Source: Eledone cirrhosa | Taxonomy: Eukaryota | DNA length: 64,000 nt | NCBI GenBank assembly: GCA_964016885.1 | Contig: OZ024740.1 | Location: forward strand, 334,800,001 to 334,864,000 | Reading direction: 5' to 3' | Part shown: piece by piece, positions 25,387 through 37,825 of the stretch | Position numbering within the stretch: the stretch's first letter is position 1 | How the letters are laid out: each line of letters begins with the position of its first letter | The notes under the pieces: generated by a model | The model's database searches: none | Told to the model about the DNA's origin: nothing | Seen by the model: the letters and a program-made list of their open reading frames with translations, nothing else | Program-made: the position numbers and the translations under genes

Positions 25387-25993
25387 CAGGTCACCAGTTG
25401 GTGCTACTGGTAACATGTATCCCAGTACAACCTGTCTCATGGTCGGGTCGTTGGCGACTAAACTGGCAACCCCACCAAGGTTTCTTGGTGAGGAGGGTGA
25501 CTTTGGACAACCTGCAGGACTAAAAACAAAACCTGTCAAAGGGCAAAGGAGCTCTTAAGAGTCAATGGCCATCCAAAATCACCGGGAGAGATGACCCCTT
25601 AGCCTTTATCAAGGCAGAATTCTAGGAGAAGGAAAACTCTGATATAACACCTGCAACCCTGATGGTATCCAATGATGTTGACTTGTTCTTCTTTTTGGTA
25701 AATATCATGTTGGTTAAGAGAGTGGGACTGGCTTTGTGCAGTGCCTTTGCTCACTATAAAAGCTTCACGGCACAGGCATTGCTTTATATCTGGAGATCTC
25801 TCTGCACTTGTCCTCACATAGTACCATGGGCCCAGCACTATGTGTCAATAATTGTCACAGGTGTTGTGTTTGTACCAGAGGTTTCAAGTCGCTGGCTGGA
25901 CTAAAAAGTCACACTCGTTCAGCGCTTCGGTAGGGGTTCTCCTACATGGATATAAAGTAGTGGCCGTACTCGAAAACGAGTTGGCAGCCACCA
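25387..25993 (+). mobile_element. Non-autonomous bipartite RTE-derived element, copy 1
   Basis: ~600 bp and highly similar to the reverse complement of 41879-42471. The 3' part encodes CCVCTRGFKSLAGLKSH (RTE-like C-terminal Zn finger), then hairpin CTCG-AAAA-CGAG and a (TA)n tail. No RT. Confidence 0.7.
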
Positions 25994-25998
25994 TATAC

Positions 25999-26047
<49 letters not shown>

Positions 26048-26235
26048 CCTACACACATATATATATATATATGAAGAGACATAGATTTGAGCGTGTTATA
26101 CATCAATACTTATGTATATATATATATATTCATCTTTCTCTATCTCTATCTAACTCTCTCGCCATATATATGTATATGTGTGTCTCTGTGTGTGTGTATG
26201 TGCGTGGATGTGTGTTTAATTGTATGTGTGTATGT

Positions 26236-26360
26236 CAGGTCACTCTTCAGTGCTATTGGTAACATGTAACCCAGTATAACCTCTGCATATTGGGGCCGTC
26301 GGCGACGAAACCGGCAACTTCACCAAGCTTACTTGGTGCGGAGTGTGATTTTTGACACGG
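26236..26360 (+). mobile_element. Diverged 5' end of a related RTE-type element
   Basis: GTGCTATTGGTAACATGTAACCCAGTATAACC...GGCGACGAAACCGGCAAC..CACCAAG.TT.CTTGGTG parallels 25400-25505. Confidence 0.75.
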
Positions 26361-27103
26361 GTCTATATAATTGGAATAAGTGCCGCCGCATATCAAAGAA
26401 TTGTACAAGTTAACCAAGTGGTAGGATATATATATGAAAAAAGAATAGAATGACTTCACTGGGATTTTGTATGTTTCATTAATGCCCAGTTATTCCACGT
26501 GTCATTTTTATTATTAGTCCTTTTAAGTCCGTTTCAACTTCAATGGAGAACATTAAGTCCTCGATATAAAATCTGCGGGAAAATTTCTCATATTTGGCAA
26601 TAATTAACGAATTGGTCATTTTTTAACCGTGATTTTATGGTGATATATATATATATATTTATATATATATATCACCATAAAATCACGGGTATGACTCTCT
26701 TTCTTCTTATTATTTTTTATATGAAATACTGATTGATCTTCCTTGTATCCCACGTCTGATTTAGCCTTAAATAATAATTGTGTGTATGTGTGGGTGATCC
26801 ATGCATATATTTATTATGTTTTAATATCTCTGCGTGTGCATTGGTTATATATACATATGATTATTCTTTTAAATTTCCAATTGAGTTCTTATACACGTGG
26901 TTTATACCTAACAGGTTTAGTTGACCAGCGTGTATATAGTTTTATTTTACGATAACCTCCCTTTACCCTTTTGGGAGCAGCGTGTAATTTTTATTTGGGA
27001 GAACCGCTGGATATTAATCTACCAGTCTCTTCTTAGCGTTAACGGACATCATTACCATTATTTTGATGTCGATATAATTCTTATATCGATATTAATTTGG
27101 GCA

Positions 27104-27227
27104 TCCACTGATGAGTTTATAAGAGCCCGCTTGTGTATAAAACTACGGATTATATATAAGTTTCTACATAACCTGGAAATTATTTATCCCAATTTGTAGA
27201 TATATTATAACGAAACGGCCGTCTGGA
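27104..27227 (+). ncRNA. Type I hammerhead ribozyme motif (Penelope-type) with a long stem II insertion
   Basis: TCCA-CTGATGA-[GTTTATAA...TTATAAC]-GAAA-CGGCCG-TC-TGGA: intact core, GUC triplet, palindromic stem III. Confidence 0.8.
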
Positions 27228-27569
27228 AGGAAAGAGATATTTATTTAATAATGTCTCATATAAAATAATACAACCAATTTTCCACGAAATACTGATTAGT
27301 TAGCACCCCAAACACTAAATTGGGATAATACTTAACTATATCCTAATGTTTGTTGAGTGAGATGGAATTGGTCGGAGTATCGCTTAAGGCTTTCTCTGTT
27401 TATGTATTGAATATTTATATCTATATATATATATTATATATATATATATATAGAGAGAGAGAGGGAGGGGGAGAGGGGCGGGGGAACTAGATTTTATGTC
27501 TGGGGTTGTCATGGTGAGGCTGTGTAGATTAGTGTGTATGTGTAATTGAGACAATTCTCTTTAGATCTA

Positions 27570-28104
27570 GTCAAAACCAAGTATCATCATTCGATGATAA
27601 CAAACAAACAGAAAAAGAAAGTGAGAATTGCATTAGTGGTTGTGTGTGGGGGATGGTACTTAGTTTTCGTAGACAAATACTGTTAAATGTATAAATCATC
27701 ATTAGCGAATGAATAGCGATAATCCACAGTAAAATGGCCAATATCACCAAATGTATTTGTTTGTAGATCATTAAAAAACAATAAATTGACGGGGAGATAT
27801 ATCACCCCTCTGACACTTCTGTATGTGTGTGTGATTATTTTATATATGCACCTGTATGGCACTGTGTGTCTTCATCTCTTCAATTTATCTCCTTATCATA
27901 TATAGAATCATGAAGTATTAGTTATCTGGGATTCTCTATATTGATGTAGACGATTAGATATTTTAAACGTATATCACTGATTCCTGTATTGAAAAAAATT
28001 ATTTTTGAAAGAGTAGTGGCCTCGTAAAATGCGATGTTGAAAGGATGTTCTGATACTACTCTACAACCACTCTGTTTATTCTTTATTGTATTTTTAGTTT
28101 CCAT
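27570..28104 (-). pseudogene. Decayed class A GPCR remnant (TM2-TM4/5)
   Basis: TLSKIIFFNTGISD (TM2 NLAISD-like, ~27975) and ISPSIYCFLMIYKQIHLVILAILLWIIAI (ICL2-TM4, W ~27727). The D-to-W spacing of ~250 nt fits class A receptors. Confidence 0.45.
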
Positions 28105-28600
28105 TTTTTTGCATCATCGTTGACCTATAATGATTCACAACAGAACGAAATGTATATATTCCATTATTTTCTAAATAATATTTTTCTCCTTCCATTAACT
28201 CAGATGTTTATTCACTTGAGAAAAGAAAATACGAACTAAGTATTTATTTTAGTCATGACATTTTAAATTACAAATGTTTAAACACCTGAAACAAGTTGTT
28301 TTTATTACGTTTATAATTTTCCAGGCTATTGGCCTCACCTATATTTACCGTTTTTGTAACTACGTTACCATTCGAATGGTTTGGCCTCACATCAACATCA
28401 CATGATGTACAACTTTAAATATAGCCAAAATACGCTGATAAAAATTAAATGGTTCACCATTTATTGTTTATATACAAACAGAAATATAACACGCATACGT
28501 ATATTAAAAAATGATATAGAAGGGCAAGGAAAATTATTGGAGTCTGATATAAAGTAGGGAAAGTTAACATTTGATCTCCCTCTCTTTCTCTCCCCCCCCC

Positions 28601-28639
<39 letters not shown>

Positions 28640-28657
28640 ATATATATATATATATAT

Positions 28658-28708
<51 letters not shown>

Positions 28709-28777
28709 TACTTATAACTATAATAGGTTTCGGTCAGTATTGGAATCGGCCGTGTCTAAGTTAATACCACCGTATAA

Positions 28778-29083
28778 AATTTAATATAGAAATAGCTTCT
28801 ACAGGACTAGAACTGATTCATTCGAAGGAAATCATCAAAGAACACTTCACATGTAAGTAGTAACGAGTTGAATATGGACAAAATTTGCCATCGTGGCGTA
28901 TACAAGTAACGACAGAAAAACGGTTTAGACCACAAGGTTAATCATGGCGACATTGATGCTACTTTGGGGATGACATTAAATATATCAACAGTGGAAAATT
29001 AGGCAGCTGAATTTAGGAGAGGAACGGAGAGGCTTGAAGATGACCCGGTTCTAGTCCTGTAGAAGCCATTTCTATATTAAATT
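28778..29083. repeat. Fold-back element with ~36-bp inverted arms
   Basis: AATTTAATATAGAAATAGCTTCTACAGGACTAGAAC versus GTTCTAGTCCTGTAGAAGCCATTTCTATATTAAATT. Confidence 0.85.
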
Positions 29084-29152
29084 ATGTATATACTCTACTA
29101 ATGTGATGAGTACCTTACTTATTGTGGTTACTCCCCGATTGAACCCGGGACT

Positions 29153-29183
<31 letters not shown>

Positions 29184-29206
29184 TTATACTTTGGAACTGA
29201 CATGTT

Positions 29207-29930
29207 GCCAATAAAAACACACGCACCCGTTGGTTTTCACTTCAATTTATTATAAATTTCCGGTTGGTTGGTTCGATAACCGGAAAGTTGTTTATATATT
29301 GTCAAAGTTCTTTTTCACGCGTTATGTGACCTACTCAGTTACTAGGGCTTTATTTTGTGTTTCTCTTCTTTGTTCTGTCCTACACCATCTTTTTTTATGG
29401 GTGTTGTGTGTTATGTGCCTAGTTTGCGCATGCGTTACATCCGTTTGTGTGTGTATGTTTTTATTTATTTATTTATGTGTTTATTTATTTATTTATGTGT
29501 TTATTTATTTGTCACTAGTTGGTTGTTTGTTCTATTTGTGTGTCTGATTTGTTTTGTTAGTTTTGTTTTTTGTGTCTGTGTCTGTATGTCTTCATTTCGT
29601 CCTTAATTACTAGTTGTGATGTTGCTATTCCACTCATGTTTTCTGTTTAATTTTGGTTGGAGTTCGTTTATATTTGTTACCTCTGTGATTTGCCTGAGCA
29701 TTGCCTCTTTTCTGTGTGGGAATATCATTTTTATCACTAGGTTCTCTAATGTGCCACTCTGTTCTATGTTGGAATGTTGGTGGATTACTGATGAGTTTTT
29801 ACCATCCTGGAGTTCTCGCCAATGTTCACTTATCCTTTCGCCTGCGGTCTGTTTAGGAGATAGGGTTAGAGAACACTGGCGAGTAGGATTCCACATATAC
29901 AGTTGCTACTAGCTTCTAATATGTTGAAGG
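29207..29930 (-). mobile_element. Penelope-like element fragment (C-terminal half of GIY-YIG plus 3' tail)
   Basis: TAGERISEH...SSVIHQH...LRQITEVTNINELQPKLNRKHEW resembles the R..EH / E...I / LN motifs of PLE GIY-YIG endonucleases. Confidence 0.7.
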
Positions 29931-30641
29931 ATGGGCAAATTTGCTCCGTAATCTCGGTCTATGTCTTTCAAACCAGACACTATTTACACGATACAATGAT
30001 TTTACGAAAACAGATTTGTGTTATCAATAGAACTAAACTCTCACGATAATTTCCATTGAAATTAATGTTATATATGGCATAGTAGCGAAGTACATCAAAT
30101 TAGTTTAATGATCAACATACACAATTTATAACTAAAATAAGTGATTTATTTCTCCTTTAGGCACAAAAAACATTATGAAGAAGATTTGGATATGAAATGT
30201 AGTTCACCCACTGATCAACACAGGAATAATTTACATTGATGATTGAAACATACATTTTTTCTTTATCTGATGAATGAATGCATTTGACCGCTAGATATAA
30301 TTTTGTGCATGCACTGAAAACCATTACAATATATTGCTTAAGATAGATTTCTTTATTATAGATAGTGAGTTTATTATTATTCCAAATGGGTAGTGTTTGC
30401 TTATAGATTTCTCTAATTATAAAAAATAGATTTTCATAGTCATATTCATTTTAACCATCTGAGTGAACTGGAATAACAAAACGTAACGTGTTGCTCAAAG
30501 ATACAATGCTCTACTGAGGATCCGAATCACGACATTATGATCGTGGGTTGAAAACCTTAACCAATAGGCAAAGCGCGTGCGTTCACATGCACAAACACAT
30601 TCAGACACACTTATAAATATATATATTTATATATATATATC

Positions 30642-30735
<94 letters not shown>

Positions 30736-30739
<4 letters not shown>

Positions 30740-31450
30740 CAAAGTGTTAAAACGATCAAATTTTAATTTAGAACATTTATTAGCTGACAATTGTTTCTTC
30801 CAGAGTGAAGTCTGGATTCATCGGAGCATAAGGAATGTCGAAACATGTAACTAAAATCCTAGTCATTTAGAACGTTTAGGGTACATAATTGCATCATGTG
30901 GAGAGTCAGGAGTTTAAAAGATGTTCTGCTTGAAAGAACAAATGACAGGCAGCACTGGTTGGAAGTGTAAAAGGTATAAGTAAAATACACAAGCAAAAAA
31001 TTCACAAGCTAAAAAATTTAATTTTATCTCTATGGCCAGAATGGGCCATAGTATTATAGTATTGGGAGTTACGTTTAAATGTATTCTCGTTGTAAGAAAG
31101 GCTTGAGATTATATTAGATACCACTTTAATGATTGAGGTCAGTACAGTTTAGGGTGGTTATAGTTGGTACTAACATAGAAAAGTTTTTCATTAGGTTTAT
31201 GATAAGGTGTGTATTTTTTAGTGTACAAGTAGAGATTGACGTCAAGGAAGTTAACATTTTTTGTGTTTTTATCTAAAGTGATACCTAAGTTATTGTTTTT
31301 AAATATTTTGTGTGATTGTTTTCTAGTTCTTTCTATATTGAACATTTTATAGCCTAAGAGGAAAAGCGCGTTGTCTCGGCAGAGGCCACCGTTGAGGTAA
31401 GGTAGGTTCTTGTTTATTTCGTTTAAGAGAAATAGACGGACTAAGTCCTC
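30736..31450 (-). mobile_element. Inverted, internally deleted copy of the adjacent Penelope-like element
   Basis: 31447-31017 is the reverse complement of ~33742-34160 (RT); 31016-30740 is the reverse complement of ~32280-32585 (pseudo-LTR). Confidence 0.9.
30783..30827 (-). ncRNA. Minimal hammerhead motif, U4C variant
   Basis: GCT-CCGATGA-aTCCAGA cttcac TCTGGAa-GAAA-CAATTG-TC-AGC, then AATAAA. Confidence 0.72.
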
Positions 31451-32494
31451 TGTGTGTATATGTGTATATATATATATACATTCTCACACACATTTATATA
31501 CCTTATATTATATATACATACATTAACTATGTACAAACTATCTAGTTATAATAAACTAATTACAATAAAGGTTTTTAACCCTCTCTACACAAGTTTAAAA
31601 GATAACAATTATATAACCAATAATATTTTGTATTTTATATACTCTATAAAGATTAATTTATAACACTACCACAATTTTAAAACAACCATTAATTTATCAA
31701 CAACCTTAATTACCTCCCTTTGTTATTAACCCCCTTTACAACTGCCTGTGTAAACTTATAAAATTAAAACAACACAACGATTCACCAACAGCTTAGTAAC
31801 AGTTAACACAAACCCTAGAAAAGATAATTTGTAGATAAAAAATGCATAAAAAAATATACCTAAAATAACAACATGGCCAGTAATTCGGCGGAATGTACAT
31901 TTAACAAACAAACACCTATTGACTACAAACGACTTTAAATAATCCCATGGTTAATACCTGTGAATAACAAACAACATACACACATACATAAGAACTACAA
32001 CACAAAAACACTTAAATGAAACTCACATACACAACTCTATCATGTTATTTGCATTACACCTTACATAAAAATACCTACATTATCACCACATGCCTCTCTA
32101 ACACATTGCACACTATATTAAACATTTCTAACAATTATAACCTGCTTTAACACCCCACACAAAATACGTTTATTTCAACTGCATTATAACTATTTCCTCA
32201 TACATGCATTATCGACTGTATTGACTCCTCCATTGTACACCAAATTTCCTTGCTTATAACTTTTTTGCCTGCTTTTTTAGCTTGTGGTTTATTTAGCTTG
32301 TGTTTTGTTTGATTGCGCTTTTTACTTATACCTATTACACTTCCAACCAGTGTTGCTTGTAATTGTGTTCTTTCAAGCAGAACATGTTTTTAACTCCTGA
32401 ATCTCCACATGATGCCTTTGACACTAATAACAATTATGTACACTAAACGTTCTAAATAACTAGGATTTTAGTTACATGTTTCGACATTCCTTAT

Positions 32495-32539
32495 GCTCCG
32501 ATGATTCCAGACTTCCTTCTGGAAGAAACAATTGTTAGC
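32495..32539 (+). ncRNA. Minimal hammerhead motif, U4C variant
   Basis: GCT-CCGATGA-TTCCAGA cttcct TCTGGAA-GAAA-CAATTG-TT-AGC, then AATAAA. Confidence 0.7.
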
Positions 32540-32748
32540 TAATAAATGTTCTAAACTAAAATTTGATCGTTTTAACACTTTGTATCTCGGCTATGTAAAA
32601 TTGCATTGAGCCTTTTGTTATACCGGTAACCAGCCAGTACTTAGTACTACCCTACATATTTATAGTTATATCAAACATATATAAATATAAATATTACTAT
32701 TACTAATTCTGCTCCTTCTAGTAGAACTGACATACATAGCATTACCGG

Positions 32749-35180
32749 TATGTTGATCAAAGACTATCTTCCTTTGTCTCTAAATAACATACCTATCCCT
32801 TCTAGGGATACATACGAACAACTAGTGATCAATAGTGTCAACTCTTTTATTAAAAGAGTTAGATGGAAGGCCTTCCACTATGATAGGAACCGCGCTGTGA
32901 AAAAACAAGATGCACCTTCGTTTGAAACATACGGTTTCAAAACATATAAATGCTCTCCACACCAGATCTTACTGGGCTCATTTGAAAACGACCTTGTGTC
33001 ACTTGTTAAAAGGATTAGGTACAATAAATACTACAATATGAAGAACGACTTCCTAAATAACCTACATTCCTCCATAAAAGAACTTTAATAAGAATAGGAA
33101 TATCTTAGTACTAGCTGATAAAACTAAAAACATATATAGCCTAGATTATGATACATATAGAGAATGTATATATAAAGAACTTTATAGGAACTACAAAAAA
33201 CATCTCATAAAACCTGGATGACATAAATATTGAAGCCCGTAGTTTAATATGTATATTAGGAGTAGAGAGATATACTCACCCGTACACCCCTAATCTCTCA
33301 CGATTATCTCTGAAAGAGCATAAGGATAACTTCAATACTAACCCCTCAATTGGACTCATTTGCTCATCCAGATCCGACATTGGTATAATCAGTAAAAAAA
33401 CTTTAGTTAAAATAATCCCCCATATTAAACAAAAAATTCAATTTATCCTCTGGAGAAACACTAGCGAAATAATCGACTGGTTTAAAGGCATTAATGAAAA
33501 TAATAATAAAAAATTCATCCAATTTGATATAAACTCCTACTACATCTCTATTTCACATATCCTCCTAAATAAAGCATTAATGATGGCCATCAACATTAGT
33601 GAACTCACTAGATCCCAGGTAGATATAATCCTTGCGGTCAGGAAAACAATAATTACATTTGAAGACCAACTATTGATCCGCAAGGATACACCTAACAACT
33701 TCGATACCACCATGGCATCTAGTGAGTCGGCACAGGTAACCGACTTAGTCGGTCTATTTCTCTTAAACGAAATACACAAGAACCTACCTAACCTCAACGG
33801 TGGCTTCTACCGAGACGACGCGCTTTTCCTCTTAGACTATAAAAAGTTCAATATAGAAAGAACTAGAAATCAATCACATAACATATTTAAAAACAATAAC
33901 CTCGGTATCACTTTAGATAAAAGCATGTTAACTTCCTTAACATCACTCTCTAAAAAATACACACCTTATCATAAACCTATTAAAAAACATTTCTATGTTA
34001 ATACCAACTCTAACAACCCTAAATCTGTATTGACCTCAATCATTAAAGGGGTATCTAATAGAATCTCTAGCCTTTCTTACAACGAGAATGCATTTAATCG
34101 TAACTCCCAATACTACAACGATGCCTTAGCCCGTTCCGGCAATAGAGATAAAATTAAATTTAAACCTATATTGTCAACCACCCATGGACAACCTAATATA
34201 ATTTCACACAACATGGCCATGAATAAAAGTAAATATGATCATAATATTGAATATCCTGACTGCTATACAAAGGACACCATAAAAAAGGTTAAATCACACC
34301 ACAGCAATAATCCTAAGAAACACCACAGAAACAAATATATATATGAAAGAACCTAATACTATACTAAACAGTAGTGTGAATAAGTAGAAGAAGTAGCACA
34401 TTTTTTAACACTCCGTTCAACTTAAATGTATCAACAAACATACCTAAGGCTTTCTTCTCTACTCTAGACAAAAACTTCCCAACTAACCATAAATACAACA
34501 ACCTATTTAACAAAAACACAATTAAAATATCCTACTCCACTACATCTAACATAGCAGACCATATAGCCAAAGTAATAATGTCCAGCATGGCAATAACCTG
34601 AACAATAACACAATACATAGACCATACAGCAAGTCACACTAATAATTCCAATAATAATAGTACTCACCATAATCATATTACTAGAACTAGAAACAGAAAC
34701 AACCACTCAAATGCATACCCCCTTAACCAGTATACTAGTTACCAAAACATTTGTAATTGCAGGCTTAACAAGACATGCCTGTTAAATAGGAACTGCCTAA
34801 TTAAAGACATTGTCTACTCCGGTACTGTAAGCGCTAATCACATCTCGAAAGCATATATAGGCTCAACATCGAATAGCTTTAAGACCAGATATAATTCACA
34901 CCTTAATTCGTCCAGGAACACGAAACTTAGCAACGCAACCTCAATATCCACATACATACACTCACTAAAATCAAGTAACATACCATACACTTTAAAATTG
35001 GAAGTGTCAACTAAGGCCCCTTCATATAGACCACCTAACACATCTTGTAACCTTTGCATCCTTGAGTCTAAAAATATTATTCACTCTAACCTTAGCCTAC
35101 TAAATAGGAAATCAGAGATCTTCTACACGTGTCCACATTACCATAGATTCTCGTTCCACTACTTCAAACCTAGTAAATAA
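32749..35180 (+). pseudogene. Penelope-like RT + GIY-YIG ORF disrupted by stops and frameshifts
   Basis: FIKRVRWKAF, ADKTKNIY, FIQFDI, FDTTMASSESAQVTDLVGLFLL, FYRDDAL, CNCRLNKTCLL, KAYIGST..FKTRYNSH, CNLCILE. Confidence 0.88.
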
Positions 35181-35534
35181 TAATAATAATAATAATAAAA
35201 ATCAAAATAAAGACCAATGTCGGAGATAACACTTGATCACCACCTTTTAATTTATCCAACTAGACCTTCAACAATATAGGACTACACCTTAATTAAAAGA
35301 CCACACTGACCTATATACAGTCAATAAATCCCTGTTTGATCTCGTATACAATTAATACTTATACAATTAAAAGATTTAAATAATATATACACTCTAATGA
35401 ACTCTCAATATACAACACCAACAAAAAAGCAGACAACTGTGTATATAACTCCAATTACTCCAGTATATATTATGCAACTCACTATCCTGTCATAAAAATG
35501 TTCAACGATCTCTACACAATCTGTATGTATGCAT

Positions 35535-35586
<52 letters not shown>

Positions 35587-35589
35587 GTG

Positions 35590-36965
35590 GAAGCTTAGTA
35601 AAATCGAAGCTTTGGCTGTGAGCAAGCAAAGTCGACCTACAATGTGAATGAGTTAGCAAAGCAATCAATTAGGGTAGGTCCTTAGAGTAACAACATACGT
35701 TTAAATAGCTTGACAAATTGAACAATGTGGTAGGCAAACCTAACACACAATACCAAAGCAACGAAAAAACTAATAGGTTAATGTATATATGTAAAAAAGA
35801 AATTAAAAGATGGTTTTAAAAGTTCCATATATTTTATTATGCGCATTTCGAAAACAACATCATCCTGGGACAAAAATTGTGTTCTCATCAGATAAAATAA
35901 GGTAACATGATATGAGGCCTAAAAACACTTGTCAACAGGAAAGTGCAAAGTCTACATATGACAGAAATATAAGAGTAAGAAAAGGATAGGAAAATAGAAG
36001 AAAAGGAAAGAAGAATGAGAAAAAGGAAAAAAGAATGAGAAGAGAGGAAAAAGGGAAAAATGAAAGAAAGAAGAGAGAGAGAAAGATACTTTTGATCAGC
36101 AACGCTGTCAAAATTAAACAAGCTGTAAATAACGGTTAAAAAGTAAATTGATGAGGTGTATGTGCGCATATTATATATGGTATTCAAATATTAGAGGTCT
36201 AAAATATAGAAACTGGGTATATTATTTTATATTGGGTTTAAATACTAAAAATTGGATTAAGAAGTGTAAAAATGTATTAATAAAATAAAATAAAATTAAA
36301 TTAAAATAAGTATAAAAAAAGGTTTTTAAAATAAAATAAAATAAAAAATAAAAATAGTCTATCTATGTCAAAATTAAAAATTTCTATTAAAAATCTACAT
36401 ATGTGGGGCATACTATTTAATTATTATTTTATATCAACAAATAAATAAATGAAATTGCTACAATTATTTATAAACGTAGAAAAACATATGACGTCATAAA
36501 TTGTTTCGAAAATCTACGAAGGTTTGAACGAAAATTTAAGGCTATAGAAAAAAGGTCAAAGGCTTAATATATGCTGCGAAAACTAAATTAATACATTGTA
36601 GAATATAATGAAATATGTGTAAACAATATGTATAAAAAATTGACCGTTAATCGTGGAATATGTTATAGGACATTAACTATATACTTTGTGAAAGGTCTTA
36701 AAGGATTTGTGATTGCAAAGACCAAATAAATCTGTTCTTCTATTTATTATTGAGTTGAAATTGGAGATAATGGTACATTTTTCAACTAGAATAAATTATA
36801 AACACTAGATATTGAAGCATTGGAGTATGGAGAAGCGTTGTAGATTTTACGCAAAGAAATTTCGTAATTAATGTTTTTGTCTTTTAAGGACCAAATAAGT
36901 TCTGGGAGTGAAGTTTGGGTTTGAAATAAATCTTTTGTGACATCAGTCCTGGAACTTTTCTGACC
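35590..36965 (-). mobile_element. Penelope-like element 3' fragment (GIY-YIG tail plus 3' UTR with hammerhead)
   Basis: TSLPELIWSLKDKNINYEISL..IYNASPYSN...INRRTDLFGLCNHK is homologous to the C-termini at ~35000 and ~50850. Confidence 0.75.
35831..35898 (-). ncRNA. Type I hammerhead ribozyme motif with canonical core
   Basis: ATTTTAT-CTGATGA-GAACACAA...TTGTTTTC-GAAA-TGCGCA-TA-ATAAAAT: 7-bp stem I, AUA triplet, palindromic stem III. Confidence 0.85.
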
Positions 36966-37029
36966 CTTCACGATTTTTTTCCACTGGAGTAAATGTCACC
37001 TTGGAAAATTACATCGATCAATACACACA

Positions 37030-37572
37030 TCCTTTCAGTACCTTTCTCTCCCAAGGTTATGCCGCCCTCATCATGATCGCGCCACCACCTTGCTTGTGAC
37101 GGAAATGCTAGCAGATTTCCTCCGTTTAGTAGCTGCAGCGAAAGAGGTTTTGTGGTGACTCCACTGAAAGGACTGAAGACGAACTCTTTACTATTTAGCC
37201 AAGACCTCATCCACCTGTTGAAGTTCCAGCTGAAATCAAGGGGATGTTGAGAGGGCAGTGCTTGCTCCAGTATATTTGGTAAAAGACGGGTGAATGTACG
37301 AGAATATCCTGATTGAATAGGTCAATTCTGAACATGTGTTATATCCCTGTGTGCGTGCGCTACATCCCAGAGCGGTCTTGGTGTTTAAAGGGATTTCAGA
37401 TCTTTGGGGTTCATGTGCTACTCGTGGGTGATGCTCTCTCCTGTTGGGGAAATCTGTTGTTTTAATTTATTATTCATTTTTTACCTGTATTTTTGTGCAC
37501 ACGATTAAATATATAAATCCCCACTATGCATTTGTATTGAACCCTAGGGGCCAATAAAGAAAGAATTATTAA
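37030..37572 (+). mobile_element. Degenerate L1/Tx1-like LINE 3' end
   Basis: IMIAPPP...AAAKEVLW*...KGLKTNSLLFSQDLIHLLKFQLK parallels 4830-5090. Ends AATAAAGAAAGAATTATT. Confidence 0.6.
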
Positions 37573-37637
37573 TATCATTTATTGAATTGACAGTGACAAT
37601 AAAATTCGTGGCATAAAGTTACATCCCATTATGTCCA

Positions 37638-37825
37638 GGGTGGTGGATTGGCAGTATCGGTAGAGGGTCGGACGCCATGCTTTCTAGCATAGTTACGTCC
37701 CTTTACGATCTGAGTTCAAATCCCGCCGAGGTTGACTTTGCCTTTCATCCTTACGGGGTCGATAAAATAAAGTACCAGTAATGCAATGGATAATTGCTGG
37801 CCTTGTGCCTAAGGTAGAAACAATT
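37638..37825 (+). mobile_element. Full-length tRNA-headed SINE family A; an older partial copy follows at ~37840-37982
   Basis: A-box TGGCAGTATCGG, B-box GAGTTCAAATCCC, central GCCTTTCATCCTTACGGGGTCGATAAAATAAAGTACC, TSD ATTATGT. Confidence 0.9.

Larger units (their letters stand above)
31460..35520 (+). mobile_element. Penelope-like retroelement (possibly Nematis-type) with upstream pseudo-LTR
   Basis: A hammerhead-bearing pLTR precedes a frameshifted RT-GIY-YIG ORF; microsatellites flank the element. Confidence 0.88.

Noticed and set aside
30781-30855. Second hammerhead on the opposite strand (CTGACAA...GAAA-CATG-TA)
   Set aside because: G8 is missing and stem I is out of register.
32749-35180. 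Selenoprotein or stop-readthrough (Naiad-like) interpretation of the PLE ORF
   Set aside because: The endonuclease is C-terminal, and the interruptions are frameshifts and TAA stops rather than conserved TGA codons.
37638-37730. tRNA genes at A/B-box sites
   Set aside because: The box spacing is extended, no cloverleaf forms, and the sequence continues into a SINE body with a TSD.
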